Of a DNA stretch of 64,000 nucleotides, positions 14,424 through 27,500 are shown one piece after another. The notes under the pieces were generated by a model. The model was not told the DNA's origin. It worked only from the letters and a program-made list of their open reading frames with translations, and ran no database searches. The DNA is taken from the NCBI RefSeq assembly GCF_009914755.1, contig NC_060930.1. The stretch is one strand, 5' to 3'. The DNA is from the human T2T-CHM13v2.0 reference genome, Homo sapiens. Both the position numbers and the translations under genes were made by a program. The first letter of the stretch is position 1. The number at the start of each line of letters is the position of its first letter.

Positions 14424-15334
14424 TTCCTCACAAAACCCCAAGCAAAAGAATAGATTTTACTCTTTCAAGGCTAATTCAAGGAAATAATATTTTGCTAAGA
14501 CTCTTAGCCATGATCTCCGTCCTATATAAATATTTCTCCATGTTCTCTATCATTACCATAAATCATAACATTCTAAAATTTGAAAAGATTTATTGGGACA
14601 AAAAGCAGTAAAGTCAGCTTCTAATGTTGTCATTTGGAGGCCTTGCCTCCTTTTTGAAGTTTCAGGACTACAGCATAACAGGGAAATCATGTGGATTACA
14701 GATGTCTCCCAATAGTTCAAGCTTCCCTTACTTTTTATTTTAATTTTATGTATGTCTTCCCCAACAGCCAGTAGCCATTCATCAAAATTACTAGAGGAAA
14801 ACTAGGTTCCTTCTCCAGAGAGCAGTAAACATTGTGGATAAAAAGAAATGTAGAATGTGGTGGAACCAAAGAAGATCATTATGCGAATGATGGGTCACCC
14901 TGGTCTATTCCATTTCTTGTAGATTCCTAAGACACAGAAATCAGAAAACTATTTTAGGGGGAGAAGGTTTATATTGCCCACTAACATAAACAATTTCAAA
15001 TATCTTTAAGTATCAAGACTCCAGGTGGTAATATTATGCTGCTATAATATTAATAATTTTTACAGTGATGACTTGAGTCATTAAAAAAAGGTTTCCATTT
15101 CTTTTAGTAACCTCTGTTTAATTTGGCTGCACTATGTCAGTATAAAGCTCTTGATTTAATGAGAGGCAGCACTGAACTGTTAAGATATACCAGTTATTGC
15201 TCCACAAAACACAGCCACTATGCCAGGGAGGCTGGTGTGCTAACATCATCTCTCCTCCTGTACACTCTGGCCCTTAGGTTGGACATCAGACTTCCTGCCA
15301 TTCGAGTGCATCACTGGTGTCCATCTGTACCAGC

Positions 15335-15470
15335 AGACTTGGCCAGGAGCCATGAGGGCAGGGGCATTGTTTCCTGCTGTGTTCCTAGTACCTAGATTTG
15401 TTTGACCCTTAATGGATAGATGAATGAATGCATGAATGAATGAATGAATGAATGCATGAATGCATGAATT
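15335..15470 (+). mobile_element. L2 3' tail with expanded (TGAA)n
   Basis: ccatgagggcagggg…ctgtgttcctagtacctag followed by (TGAA/TGCA)n at 15420-15468. Confidence 0.75.
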
Positions 15471-16367
15471 CACCCAGTTAGCCCCCTGACATTGGATCTC
15501 ATGAAGCATGACTGGAAGTCTTGGACCTTTTCTCTTCCAAAATTATTTAAGCAAATTGTTCTAGCCCTTCCTCCAAGATTAACTCTATATACCAAAGTGA
15601 TTATAGTATTTTAGGCTGTAAAAGTTAACATTACATTCTTCCTATTGGACAAAAATGCTCCTCACTCTCATTAAATAGACATTATTTCTTAATGAGATCA
15701 CACAATGTATTCTTCTCAAGAAGAGAAATTCTGTTTTAAAATGATGGCTTGTTCTTGTTTTTATGGGGGGGCAGCTAGCAGTTTATCTCACCTTCATAGG
15801 GCAGGCTGTTTCTTTGCTGACTTAGCAGACATGCTATTTCAAAGTCATAGTTATGACTGTTACATTCATAAAGAGTGCCACTAAAATTGTTGAGTGTTAT
15901 TATCAATATGGGACATTTTTATTTATCTGGAAATGTAATATATGAAGAATATTTTATATTTCATGATGCTGGATGAATACTGAACTAAAATATGGTTTCA
16001 GGAAAGAGAATGTTAGTTGCAAGGTATTTATTAGTGCTTTTAAAATACCAGAAACCCTTAGGTAGTCACATATATACCCCAAAGTTATGGTCATTTATGG
16101 CCGAATTGCATGAAAATAAAATGAATCATAGGAACAAAAAAAATATGCAAACAGAATATTTCTTTTAATTCTATGCGTCATCTTATAGGACAGTCGGCTT
16201 ATGATCAAACTGTAAGAGGTGCCTAAATTGGGTATATTGTTGACAAAATGATATGACAAGGCATTTTTATCAAATTAAAACAAAATTTTCTGATGATTTG
16301 TATTACTAAAAAGAGGTCAAACTGCCTCTTCTGCTTATGTTCAACCAGAGGCTTTGGGATCACTTAC

Positions 16368-16528
16368 CATGGATGCTGGAAAAGGAGTCTGTGTTGGTGT
16401 GAAGATTTGAATCCATGTCCATTAATATCCTTCGCAAAACAAAAGTCTATGATGACTCCTGCGGCTTTCAGTGTACTTAGTATTGTTTCTAGTTTAAATC
16501 TCTAACATGTTTCCAACATATACTGCTG
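16368..16528 (-). other. Candidate 161-nt non-coding or 5'-UTR exon
   Basis: Minus strand: T-rich tract then ttctaag|CAGCAG acceptor and a strong ATG|gtaagt donor, in apparently unique DNA. All three frames have stops in the 5' part. Confidence 0.3.
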
Positions 16529-17427
16529 CTTAGAATTAAAAATAAATAAAAATTTTTAACACATGCCCATCTGAATCTTTACACAATGCAGTTATGTATG
16601 TATCAACCACACTGCCAAATATTTTTGTGGTGGTTGTCAGTAACATTTGTTTTTCAAGAAAATAAAATATACCCAAGAAGAAACTTAATTTTAGTTTTCT
16701 TACCACTTCCTTGAAGAATCTTTCTTCCCTTAGTATGACTTTATTCATCTTTTTTTCTTTTTCTTGCTTTTTCATTTATAAACCTTTTTAACTTTTTTTC
16801 TTTTTTTTTTTTGCTTGAGGGCATTTGCTATAATCACAAAAGTTTCTCTTTCAGCCTGAATCATTTTTTTTCTGTGAGTGCATTTTGGTGTATTTTAAAT
16901 CTAAAAGACAGAAACAGGTATAAACATTTCAATAAATAATATGTAGCATAATGAACTATCCTAAGTATTTTGGATGAATCAAAATTTACCTTTTGTAGGT
17001 ATCTTGAACCTATTATCTATTGTTTTGTTGTGTTCCTGACATAGTTAGGTGGTGCTCTTATAGGTACTTTATATCATTAGTTATTCTCTAGGTGTGTAGA
17101 ACATAGTCTAGTGAGACTAAGTTTTAATACATCAATGAAATTCTATGCAGTTGTCCAATTTTATACAATTTGTATCAATACTGTATTTATTTACTTGCCT
17201 ATTTTTACCTGCCTTGATCCAAGGGACTGTCATGTAGACAGGTTGGTGTTACAGAAAGTCACAAGATTTATGAGGCTAAAAATAACTGAAGACTTACTTC
17301 ATCATTTTTTGGTTTGGAGCTACTACTATTCTCTCTACTGGGGTCATTATGTGCTCAGAAAATGGTTACAGTTGAGTTGTTAGAGGGAAGGTTTCAGTGA
17401 CTCCTGCTGAGGGAGCCTGGGGAAAGG

Positions 17428-17591
17428 CAGTAGGTGGCAAACTTTAGTGTAACTCAGAATCATCTGAAGGCCTTGTTAAACCAGAGTGCTGAGCCCCCTC
17501 CCTGGAGTTTCTAATTTGGTAGGTCTGCCTGATAAGTTCCCAGGTGATATTGACACTGCTAGTCCAAGGATGCACTGTAAGTATGACTTTG
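17428..17591. mobile_element. MER5A (hAT-Charlie) with an internal deletion
   Basis: caaactttagtgtaactcagaatcatctgaaggccttgttaaa…aagttcccaggtgatattgacactgct. Confidence 0.8.
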
Positions 17592-18544
17592 CTAACTGCC
17601 TTCATCTCACAATTGTGTCTGAGTATAGCTTTGACCTGTAGCTGTAGCTCTTTTCACAGCTTCAAAGTTCTTTCTATGTAGCAATACCTTCTGAGTATTC
17701 ACCTTTTTCCTTAATCTCATGCACATTTACAGTAAATTTAGTTCATGTCTTCATTTCATTGTGAATCAGTCAATGCCAAACACATTTATGTTAGGGTGGG
17801 AGGGGATACGTGGGAGAGAAGCAGAGAAATACAACTTTCATCTTGTACTTTGATGGCTTTCAGTGATTCAGTTGCAGGTCATAGAGAATTACCATGTCAT
17901 TAACAGGGAATGTTTTTCCACAGGAAGATATTTCTCCTTTCAAAGTCATGTTGCCTTAGGGATTTGAAGGTCTACTGAATTCTGAATATTTTACTTGGCC
18001 TGGATACATAACTGAATATTTTATTTTGTCAAGTATATTCTTGTCTATTCAGTGCCTTCACTAACTCCCTCTCCACCTATGCTGACTCCAAAGGTAACCT
18101 ATAAAAAGCACTTCAGCTAATCCCCAAGTCCCTGGGCACCTTTTTCAAGTCTGGCTCTTTTAATATAAGTTTTAAACCTTCTCGTACTGGTTTAGGGGTC
18201 TGTTTGGTCTTTTGCCTCTTGTTTATATTCTGACTTACTGTTCTCTATAACTTGATGCCCGTTGGACTTCCTGATTAGCTTGAAAATTTCAGTTTTCCTC
18301 TTTTTTCTGTTCCGTGAAGCCCATATCAATCCCATTTCACTTCTTCCTGTTCACTTCCCAGGACTCCACTGTAAATCTAAGTCTCTAAGTTCTTATTTCT
18401 CTCTGTATTTAGATAAATCTTAGAATATTTTTTCCATTCACTAGATTAAAAGATGTTGTAATGTTAATGGGAAAAAAGTCTAATATCTAGTGTTATGATT
18501 ACTGAATTTATCATTCATATTCAAGATTATTTGAACTCAATGTA

Positions 18545-18975
18545 TATCCATTACCATATTTTCAGTTTCAAGTGACAGAAAACCTAACCCAGTGTAGCTT
18601 CAAGAATATATATTTTATGGGTCACTCAAAGTGAGATGCTGAGAAGACTACCTTTAGGTGTAACTCAAAGCAAAGTTTCAGATTATAACACCAAGGTCTG
18701 ATTTCTCTCTTTCAGTTTTTCAGTTCCACTTCTGGGTTGGTTCTTTTTTTGTAAAGAGGCTTTGCCTTAGTGCAGCAACTCTAGTCAATTTACATCTTCG
18801 TGTTCAGTGGCAACAGAGGCACACTTTCTCTCAGCTGCCCATAATTCCTGAGATCAGCTTTGACTGTCCTGGCTGGGGTCATGTGACCTCCTCTGAACCA
18901 ATCACTGTGGCCAGTAGAATGTTAAGGCTAATAAATTTAGACCTGTGTTTTATGATCCATCCCAGGAACTAAGCT
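18545..18975 (-). mobile_element. Old MaLR LTR (MLT1K-like)
   Basis: ttcagtttcaagtgacagaaaacctaaccc…ggggtcatgtgacctcctctgaaccaatcactgtggccag. Confidence 0.7.
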
Positions 18976-19549
18976 CTAAGAGTTTCAGTCAGACCGTCTG
19001 GTGAACTGATTGTTGAAGGGCAGATCCACACGCAAAAGATAGAGGGCCCCTCCCATGTCTACTGAAGCTTTTAGAAAGTATCTCTTCTTTATCTGTTGAT
19101 CTTTTATTCTTTCCCTTTCAGATCACAAGTCAGCAGTATTTCTGATGCTTTTTCAGAGTTGAATGCAAAGAAAAATGCTCTTTGTTGCATCAGGATTTAT
19201 AAGAGACATCTAGTATTTAGAAGGACTGTATTCATACCACAGAATTTTGTGGTTATTTTTTCCTGTTAACTTATTTAAAACCAGGTCAGGTCTAGAGTTC
19301 AAGCACCAGAATTTTGGGATAATAAAAAATAATTACATCAAAGACAGTTTGGAAAAAAAAAGACACTTCACCTTATTGTTGGCATCAACAGAACATCATG
19401 TAAGCTTTGCGATCCCTCATGCCAAAAATGTGCAAAAGGGAAGATCAACAAAATTAATTAACTAATTAATCATGATAACTAACTAGCAAATCATAGCATT
19501 GTTTTACAGGAATATTCTCATATCTTAGGAGATCTTTCACATCTCTGCA

Positions 19550-20120
19550 CAGAGGTATCAGAGTGGTGCCTTTTAAAAGAAAGTCAGATTCTGTTGCTTA
19601 GATGTTGAAACTCCACTGACATACTTCCCATTTCACTTAGAATGAATCCCAAGTCCTTACTGTATCTATACAGCCCTGAATGCTCTGGCCCTGTTATGTC
19701 CCCAGGTGAGATGTCTGCCTCCTCCTGCTCACTCACTGTGCTAGAGCTACACCAGTTGGATCTCAATAACTATCAGCGTCACATGCACCAAAGGTGTGAG
19801 TGCTACAGAGCTTTCATGTGGCCTACTCTCTCCATCCCTTTATGACATCTGTTTGGCCCCCTGGCTTCCTCCTTCATTTCACAAGTCTCTGCTCCAGTGT
19901 CATCTCTGAGACACCTTCTCTTTTCCCCTTATCTAATGTGGCACCCCTAACTTATGCCTCCTCATTCTTGAAGTCTGCTTTATTTTTTCTCCATTTACTG
20001 TTAGCTCTAGAAAGCAAAGGCTTGGTCGGTATCGTTAGTGCTGTACACTCAGCCAGAACAGTTCCTAGCCTGTAGTTGGCTCTCCATAATTAATTGTTTA
20101 ATAAATTAATGGATAAATAC
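19550..20120 (+). mobile_element. L2a 3' end
   Basis: cttcccatttcacttagaatgaatcccaagtccttac…ccagaacagttcctagcctgtagttggctctccataat. Confidence 0.8.
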
Positions 20121-20513
20121 ACTCAGTATTTAAATTTTACCTTGTTTTTTAGTAGCTTATAAAGGTTTTCAAAGTAATATTTTACTGTAGGTGAAAATTT
20201 GTGAGCTGTATATAAATATCTTCAGCAGTTAAAGAGTGATGACAATTCTGGCTCATGTAGGTTTCCTAGGAGACTGATATTTTCTTCTGTGACGAGGTTT
20301 AGTCACAGTTTGAGACTTTGCTGTTATTTTGACATCTGGACCTGGGAAACACTTATTTTCTCCTTTTGAAGGGTTTGGTTGTTTTGTAAGGGCAAGAACT
20401 TTTGTAAGACCAGTCTTGAAAAGAAGAATGGTGAAAGACTGCCTTCCAGAAATTCATTTGTAAATTGAATTGCTTCAAAATTGGAATGCTTTTCCCCATA
20501 TAGACAAAGTCTC

Positions 20514-21090
20514 TGTACCAGTCAGGGTTCCCTAGAGGGACAGAACTAATAGGGTATATATATATATATGTGTGTGTGTGTATATTTTATATATATATAT
20601 ATATAAAATACACACACACATATATACACACACATATATATACACATATACATATACATATATATACACATATACATATATATACACACACACATACACA
20701 CACATAAAGGTGAGTTTATTAAATATTAACTGGCATGATCACAAGGTCCCACAACAGGCTGTCCGCAAGCTTGAAGAGCAAGGAGAGCCAGTTCGAGTCT
20801 CAAAACTGAAGAAATTGGAGTCTGATGTTTGAGGGCAGGAAGCATCCAGCATGGGAGAAAAATGTAGGCTGGGAGGCTAGGGCAGTCTTGCGTTTTCACG
20901 TTTTTCTGCCTGCATTATATTCACTGGCAGCTGATTAGTTGGTGCCCTCCAGATTAAGGGTGGGTCTGCTTTCCCCAGTCCACTGACTCAAATGTTAGTC
21001 TCCTTTGGCAACACCCTCACAGACACACCCAGGATCAATACTTTGCATCCTTCAATCCAACCAAGTTGACACTCAGTATTAACCATCATA
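20514..21090 (-). mobile_element. MLT2A (MLT2A1-like, HERV-L) solo LTR with an internal (TA/CA)n expansion
   Basis: tgtaccagtcagggttccctagagggacagaactaatagg…caagttgacactcagtattaaccatcata. 5-bp TSD gtctc 20509-20513 / gtatc 21091-21095. Microsatellite at 20555-20706. Confidence 0.93.
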
Positions 21091-21869
21091 GTATCCATGC
21101 TGGTTAGGCTCATAGTCCAGTCTCCAGTGGCTGCTCATCCCTTAAACATTTGAAGTATTATTACTATGACTAAGTCTATACTTGAATCTCCTTCATTATA
21201 TCATTTTTTGTGGGATATTTCATTGCTAATTATGGATTTCAGCATCAAGCCCCTCAGCTTCCCTCTTTTTGTGTTGCAGGGGACTGGGATTAGAAACCCT
21301 TGCACATAATATTTAAGTGTTCACATCTCTTATAACTGTGTAAAGGACCCTGAATATTCTGAAGTGATTAACACACCAACTGCACTTTTCTTTCCACTTG
21401 GAGGATTGAGTGAGAGATGGCTGAGAGTTTCTCCCACAGGAAGCTCTAGACTTGAGCCTACATAGGTAAGGATCCGTTTGTAGAATATTTGAGAATTTGC
21501 CTGTACATATAAAATAAGAACTAAAAAATTGTCAAAGATTCAAAAGAAATACTTCTGGCCCGTTCAAACTGTAATCATATCATACAAGTTAAACAGAAGC
21601 ATAGGATTGACATGAAACATTGAGTTGGGAGTCAAGGGGGCTAAACTTGTTTTAAGTGACAAGCTGAGGAACGAAATGGCTGCTTTTTAGGTTTTCCAAA
21701 CTTTTAGGACATTATTAGATAGTGTCTCAAACCCTGCAGCTGACCCCAGTTTTTAGGAAACATAGATTTCAGGAAATCAGTCATTTGTTTGGAGTTTGAA
21801 TCTTTGCCAACACTAATTCATAGCAGATTGGAAAACAAGCTTTAGGCAATAATATGCCAAAAACTTCCT

Positions 21870-21990
21870 TTCATTGTCAGCCTACAAGTCTATGAGGACA
21901 GGGATTTGGGTTTATTTTGATCACGACTGTATCCCAGTGCTTAGAACTGGTGCACAGCATATACTCAAAAAGTACTTGTTGAATAATTTA
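21870..21990 (+). mobile_element. L2 3' tail
   Basis: aagtctatgaggacagggatttgg…ctgtatcccagtgcttagaac…actcaaaaagtacttgttgaat. Confidence 0.75.
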
Positions 21991-21999
21991 GTGGGACAC

Positions 22000-22457
22000 A
22001 GTGTGCTCCTTTCACTAAGGAAGTGAAAGAAGGGTAGTCATCTTTATTCCCATACCTGACATCAAAGACAAGAATATGTGGCCTAGGCATAGCCACAACA
22101 CACACCTTTCAGGGCATTTGGACCTGGAGGGAAAGATGCAAGTCAGTTAGATAATATTCACAGAGCAATATTGGCATCAGCCCCCTGGAGCAGGGATTCC
22201 AAGTCTCCGTGTCAGTGGCTGCAGTATTCTGCAGCATCATGGCAGCAGAACAGAAACTGGTTTCTAATCAACCCTTTATTGGTTCTGGGATGTGGTTCTC
22301 ACTGCACAGCCTCCGTTGGGGTCTGACCCTTTCCTAAATCTGATTTTCTGGCTTTTCTACTTAGTCTTTATGGTACCTATTATTATCATGTTACTGAATA
22401 CCATATGTTAGCTCAAGTTGGCTTCTGTTGCTTACATCCAAGAATCTTAACTGATAC
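22000..22457 (+). mobile_element. Old ERVL/MaLR LTR (LTR33-like)
   Basis: Ends ggcttctgttgcttacatccaagaatcttaactgatac; internal gcagcatcatggcagcag. Confidence 0.55.
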
Positions 22458-22510
22458 TGGTCAGGAGATAACAAGAGATCCATAAAAATGAGGAGTTAGG
22501 ATTAGGAGAT

Positions 22511-22905
22511 TTTTTAGTCCATTTCAGCTGCTATAAGAAAACATCCTAGACTGGGTAGCTTCTGAACAACAAAAATTTATTTTTCACAGTTCTAGAGGCT
22601 GAGAAGCCCAAGACCAAGTTACTGGCAGATTTGTTGTTAGGTAAAACCCATTTCCTGGTTCACAGATGATACTTTTTCACTGTGTCCTCATGTGGTGAAA
22701 GTGGCAAACAAGCTCTCTCAGGCTTCTTTATAAGGGCAATAATCCCATTCCTGAGGGCAGATCCCCCTGATCACATCCAAAAGGCCCACCTCTTAATACT
22801 CTCACATTAATACTATCACTATATTTTTGTTGTTTAACCCTATCACCTAAGACGTTAGGAATTCAACATGAATTTGGGGGACACAAAAACACTCAGACCA
22901 TATCA
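22511..22905 (-). mobile_element. MLT1A/A0 solo LTR
   Basis: ttagtccatttcagctgctataagaaaa…cacagttctagaggctgagaag…cagaccatatca. Perfect 5-bp TSD gagat 22506-22510 / 22906-22910. Confidence 0.9.
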
Positions 22906-23149
22906 GAGATTAATAGGTAGCATATTTTCTATGAACTCTGAAGAAGGAAGCATAAAGGAAGCATCTTAATCTTCAGAATTGGAGAAAAGTCTAATGGGTA
23001 TTTAGTAACAGGATCAGTTGGGTAAAAGTCTAGTTACTGAATCCAGGTACTAGGTCAAGGGAGGACTAGAGGAAAGTTTTACATTAAGACCGATTCATTA
23101 CTTTAGTAGCCTCTATTTGAATCTGTAAGGCAAAGTGCTGGTTCCTGAG

Positions 23150-23510
23150 ACACTTCAAATCAACATATGAACAACATTATCTTTTGCTATCATTTTCTAT
23201 GATAATTAATGCCATTATCATCCCGCAGTTAACCAAGATAGAAATCCCAACATCATCTTAGGCAGCCTCCCACCTCCACCTTCTTTGGCCTATTATCCAA
23301 TTAATCATCTCTCAATTCCCACTCGAACTGCCTTAGGTCAAGTAATTATCATCTCACCTCTAACTATTACAATCACTACTTAGCAAGAATTGCCGCACCC
23401 TCCGAAAACAGTTCTCAAATGTACAATGTATACTCATTAGTTCCAGAATCATTATTCTAAAACAATAATAAGATATTTTTCCCACTTTCTGAAATATTTT
23501 CATGGTTCTT
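23150..23510 (+). mobile_element. L2 fragment
   Basis: cacttcaaatcaacatatga…ccaagatagaaatcccaacatcatctt…atcatctcacctctaactattac. Confidence 0.55.
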
Positions 23511-24029
23511 TTTTTTTAATAAGTCAATAGGAACACTTTATTATGAAACTTAAAATTAAAGCTCTCATTAATTTTTGGTGGGAGGTGGGGAGTATGTGAA
23601 CTATCATGGACACTTTTCAGTTTTTGACATTGCCAGAGAAATATATGGTCAAATATATTTAAATATTTTTAGTATTCATAATACATTTCTAAAATAAAAG
23701 AATCCGGCTATTGGAAATTATGAAGTGGCAAAACTTCTAAAAAATGTACTAAATTGCAGAATAGAGGTGATCTGACTAATATTAAAGTTGAATTCAATAT
23801 ACAATGATTTTAAAAGGATAAGAAGAATATATAATATAATGAAAAATCCAAGGTAAAACAAACCATGAAGAAATGATAGATAAAACTTTATATAACAAAG
23901 AAAATAGGATCAAAACAGTCAAGGCAAAACTGGTAGCTACACAAAGAGAAACTAGCAACATGAAAATCCTAGTGGGAATCTTTAACATGACTCTCAGAAT
24001 TTGCAATTCATGCAGAAAATAAAGAATAC

Positions 24030-24566
24030 CTTGTTCAATTTTCTTTAAGCTTCTGATGTTGCTGAGAAATTGTGTTCTTCTGTTGTAAAGTATTTTAAAT
24101 GTGAACTCACTTTTTTTCTCTCTCTCTGGAAGTGTTCCAGTTCTATTTATGTTTAGTCCTGTTAATTTTAGTGATGATGTCTATTAAAGTGGGTCTTTTT
24201 TCACTGTGCTGGTCACTCAGTGGGCCCTATTCATTTTGGAAACATATCCATCAGTTCTGAAAAACTGTTTAAATTATTTATTTGATAATTTCTGGCAATA
24301 CTAATGCATATTGAGTGTTCTAATCTTGTAATAATATTACTTTTTTCTGTTATTTTCATCCCTGTATTTCTGTTGTTATTTATTTGCTCTACTTCTCCTA
24401 TTGAACTTGTTCTCTCATATTTTTATTTTCCAGAACCTAGTTCTTATGATTTGGATACCCTCCTTTGAAAAATTAACATCCTGTTTGTGTTTCATAGATA
24501 AAACATCTTTTCTTACTTTCCCAGTGTAGTAATTATTGGTATTTTAAAAAATTTCCTCACTGTCTG
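24030..24566 (-). mobile_element. HAL1/L1ME-like ORF1 fragment hosting the L1MA1; resumes at ~33358-33530
   Basis: ctgatgttgctgagaaatt…cagttctgaaaaactg…catcctgtttgtgtttcatagat; continuation tatctgctcatatttatgagtgag right of the L1MA1. Confidence 0.55.
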
Positions 24567-27500
24567 TTTTTAATTTTTTTAATTTTTAATTTGTGTGGGT
24601 ACATAGTAGGTATATATAATTATGGGGTACATGAGATGTTTTGATACAGGCATGCAGTGTGACATAAGCACAACATGGAGAATGGATTATCCATCCCCTC
24701 AAGCATTTATCCTTTGTGTTACAAACAATCCAATTACATTACTTTAGCTATTTTATGTATGATTAAGCTATTACTGACTAAAGTCACCCTGTTGTGCTAT
24801 CAAATAGTAGGTGTTATTATTCTGTGTTTTCATACCGATTAACAATTCCTGCCTCCCAGCCAACCACAACTACCCTCCCCAACTCTGGTTACCATTCTTC
24901 TCTCTACATCCATGAGTTAAATTGTTTTGATTTTCAGGTCCCCCAAATAAGTGAGAACATGTGATGTTTGTCTTTCTGTGCCTGGCTTATTTTATGTAAC
25001 ATAATGATCTCCAGTTCCTTCTACGTTGTTGAAAATGACTGAATCGCATTTCTTTTAATGGCTTAATAGTACTCCATTGTCTGTATGTACTACATTTTCT
25101 TTATCCATTTATCTGTTGATGGACACTTAAGTCTCTTCCCAATTTTAGCTATTGTGAACAGTGCTTCAACATGTGAGTGCAGATATCTCTTCAATATGCT
25201 GATTTCCTTGCTTTGGGGTATATACCCAGCAGTGGGATTGTTGGATCATATGGTAGCTCTTTCATAGGTTTTTAAGGAACCTTCAAACTGTTCTCCATAG
25301 TGTTTGTACTAATTTACATTCTCACCAACAGTATACAAGTGTTTACTTTCTCCGCATCCTTGCCAGCATTTGTTATTGCTTGTCTTTTGGATATAAGCAT
25401 TTTAACCGGGGTGAGATGATATCTCATTATACTTCTGGTTTGCATTCCTCTGTTGAGCACCTTTTCATATGCCTGTTTGCCATTTGTATGTCTTCCTTTG
25501 AGAAATGGCTATTCAAATCTTTTGCCCATTTTTGATCAGATTATTATATTCTTTCCTACAGAGTTGAGTTCCTTATATATTCTGGTTATTAATCCCTTGC
25601 CAGATGTGTAGTTTGCAAATATTTTCTCCCATTCTGTGGGTTGTCTCTTCACTTCGTTGATTGTATCCTGTGCTGTGAAGAAGCTTTTTAACTTGATGAG
25701 ATCCTATGTGTACGTTTTTGCTCTGGCTGCCTGTGCTTGTGGGGTCTTGCTCAATATATTTTTTGCCCAGACAAATGTCCTGGAGAATTTTCCCAATGTT
25801 TTCTTACAGTAGCTTCAGAGTATGAGGTCTTAAGTCATTAATCCATTTCAATTTGATTTTTGTATATGGTGAGAGATAAGGGTCTAGTTTCATTCTTCTG
25901 CATATGGATATCCGGTTTTCCCAGTACCATTTATTGAAGAGACTATCTTTTCCCCAGTGCATGCTCTTGACACTGTTGTCGAAAATAAGTTCACTATAGC
26001 CGTGTGGATTTGTTTCTGGGTTCTCCATTCTGTTTCATTGGTTTATATGTCTGTTTTCATGTCAGTACTATGCTGTTTCGGTTCTATTGTTCTATAGTGT
26101 AATTTGATGTCAAGTAATGTGATTTTTTTCTGTTTTGTTCTTTTTGCTTAGGATAGCTTTGGCTTTTCTGGGTCTTTTGTGCTTTCATATAAATTTTATG
26201 ATTCTTTTTTCTATTTCTATGAAGAATGTCATTGGTGTTTCAATAAGGATTGCATTGAATCTTGCTTTGAGTAGATCACTTCGGGTTGTATGGACATTTT
26301 AATAATGATGATTCTTCCAGTCCATGAACATGAAATATGTTTCCATTTCTTGGTATCTTCTTAAATTTCTTTCACTGGTATTTTATAGTTTTTATTATAG
26401 AAATTTTTCACTTCTTTGATTAATTCCTAGGTATTTAGTTTCATCTGTGGCTATTGTAAATGAGATTACTTTTTAAATTTATTTTTCACATTATTCACTG
26501 TTGGCATATAGAAATGCTATTGATTTTCTCTGTTAATTTTGTATCCTGCAACTTTATGAATTTGCTTAACAGTTCTAATAGTTTTTTGGTGGAGTATAGG
26601 TTTTTCCAAAATAAGATCATATTATCTTCAAACGAGGATAATTTGACTTCTTCCATTCCAATATGGATGTCTTTTATTTTTTTCTCTCTTGTTTGATTGC
26701 TCTAGCTAGGACTTCCAGTTCTATACTGAACAGTGGTGAAAGTGGGCATCCTTGTCGTGTTCCAGATTTTAGAGAAAAGGATTTCATCTTTTCCCCATTC
26801 AGGATGATAGTAGCTGTGGGTTTGTCATATATAGCTTTCATTATGTTGAGGTATATTCCTTGTATAACTAGTTTTTTGAGGGTTTTTCTTTGTCATGAAG
26901 CAATGTTGAATTTTATCAAATGGTTTTCAGCATCAATTGAAATGATCTTATAGTTTTTATCCTTCATTCTCTTGATGTGATATATCATATTGATTGATTT
27001 CTGTACATTGAACCATGCTTGCATCCCTGGGATAAATTCCACTTGGCCTTTATGAATGATCTTTTTAATGTATTGTGGAATTCATTTTGCTGATATTGTT
27101 TGAGGATTTTTGCATCAATATTCATCAGAGATGTTGGCCTGTAGTTTTCTTTCTTTGATGTGTCTTTGGTTTTGGTACCAGGGTAACACAGGCCTCGTAG
27201 AATGAGTTTGGAAATCTTCCTTCCTCCTCTATTTTTCAGGATAGTTTGAATAGGATTGGTATTAGTTCTTTTTTTAATGTTTGATAGAATTCAGTAGTGA
27301 AGCCATCAGGTCCTGGGCTTTTCTTTCCTGGGATAATGTTTATTACAGCTTTTATCTCATTACTTGATATTGGTCAGTTCAGGTTTTGGATTTCTTCTGG
27401 TTCAATCTTGGTAGGGTTTATGTGTCTAGGAATTAGTTTATTTATTCTAGATTTTCCAATTTATTGGCATATAGTTGCTCACAGTAACCACGAAGGATCC

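Noticed and set aside
15068-15081. Palindrome atgact-tg-agtcat containing an AP-1 site
   Set aside because: It is an isolated short motif, expected by chance in 64 kb.
20514-21090. MLT2A LTR as an embryonic promoter splicing into the minus-strand exon at 16528
   Set aside because: The orientation fits, but the donor-like GTGAGT I recall from the family reads gccagt here and the DUX4-like site is degenerate (tgattagttgg). There is no sequence support.
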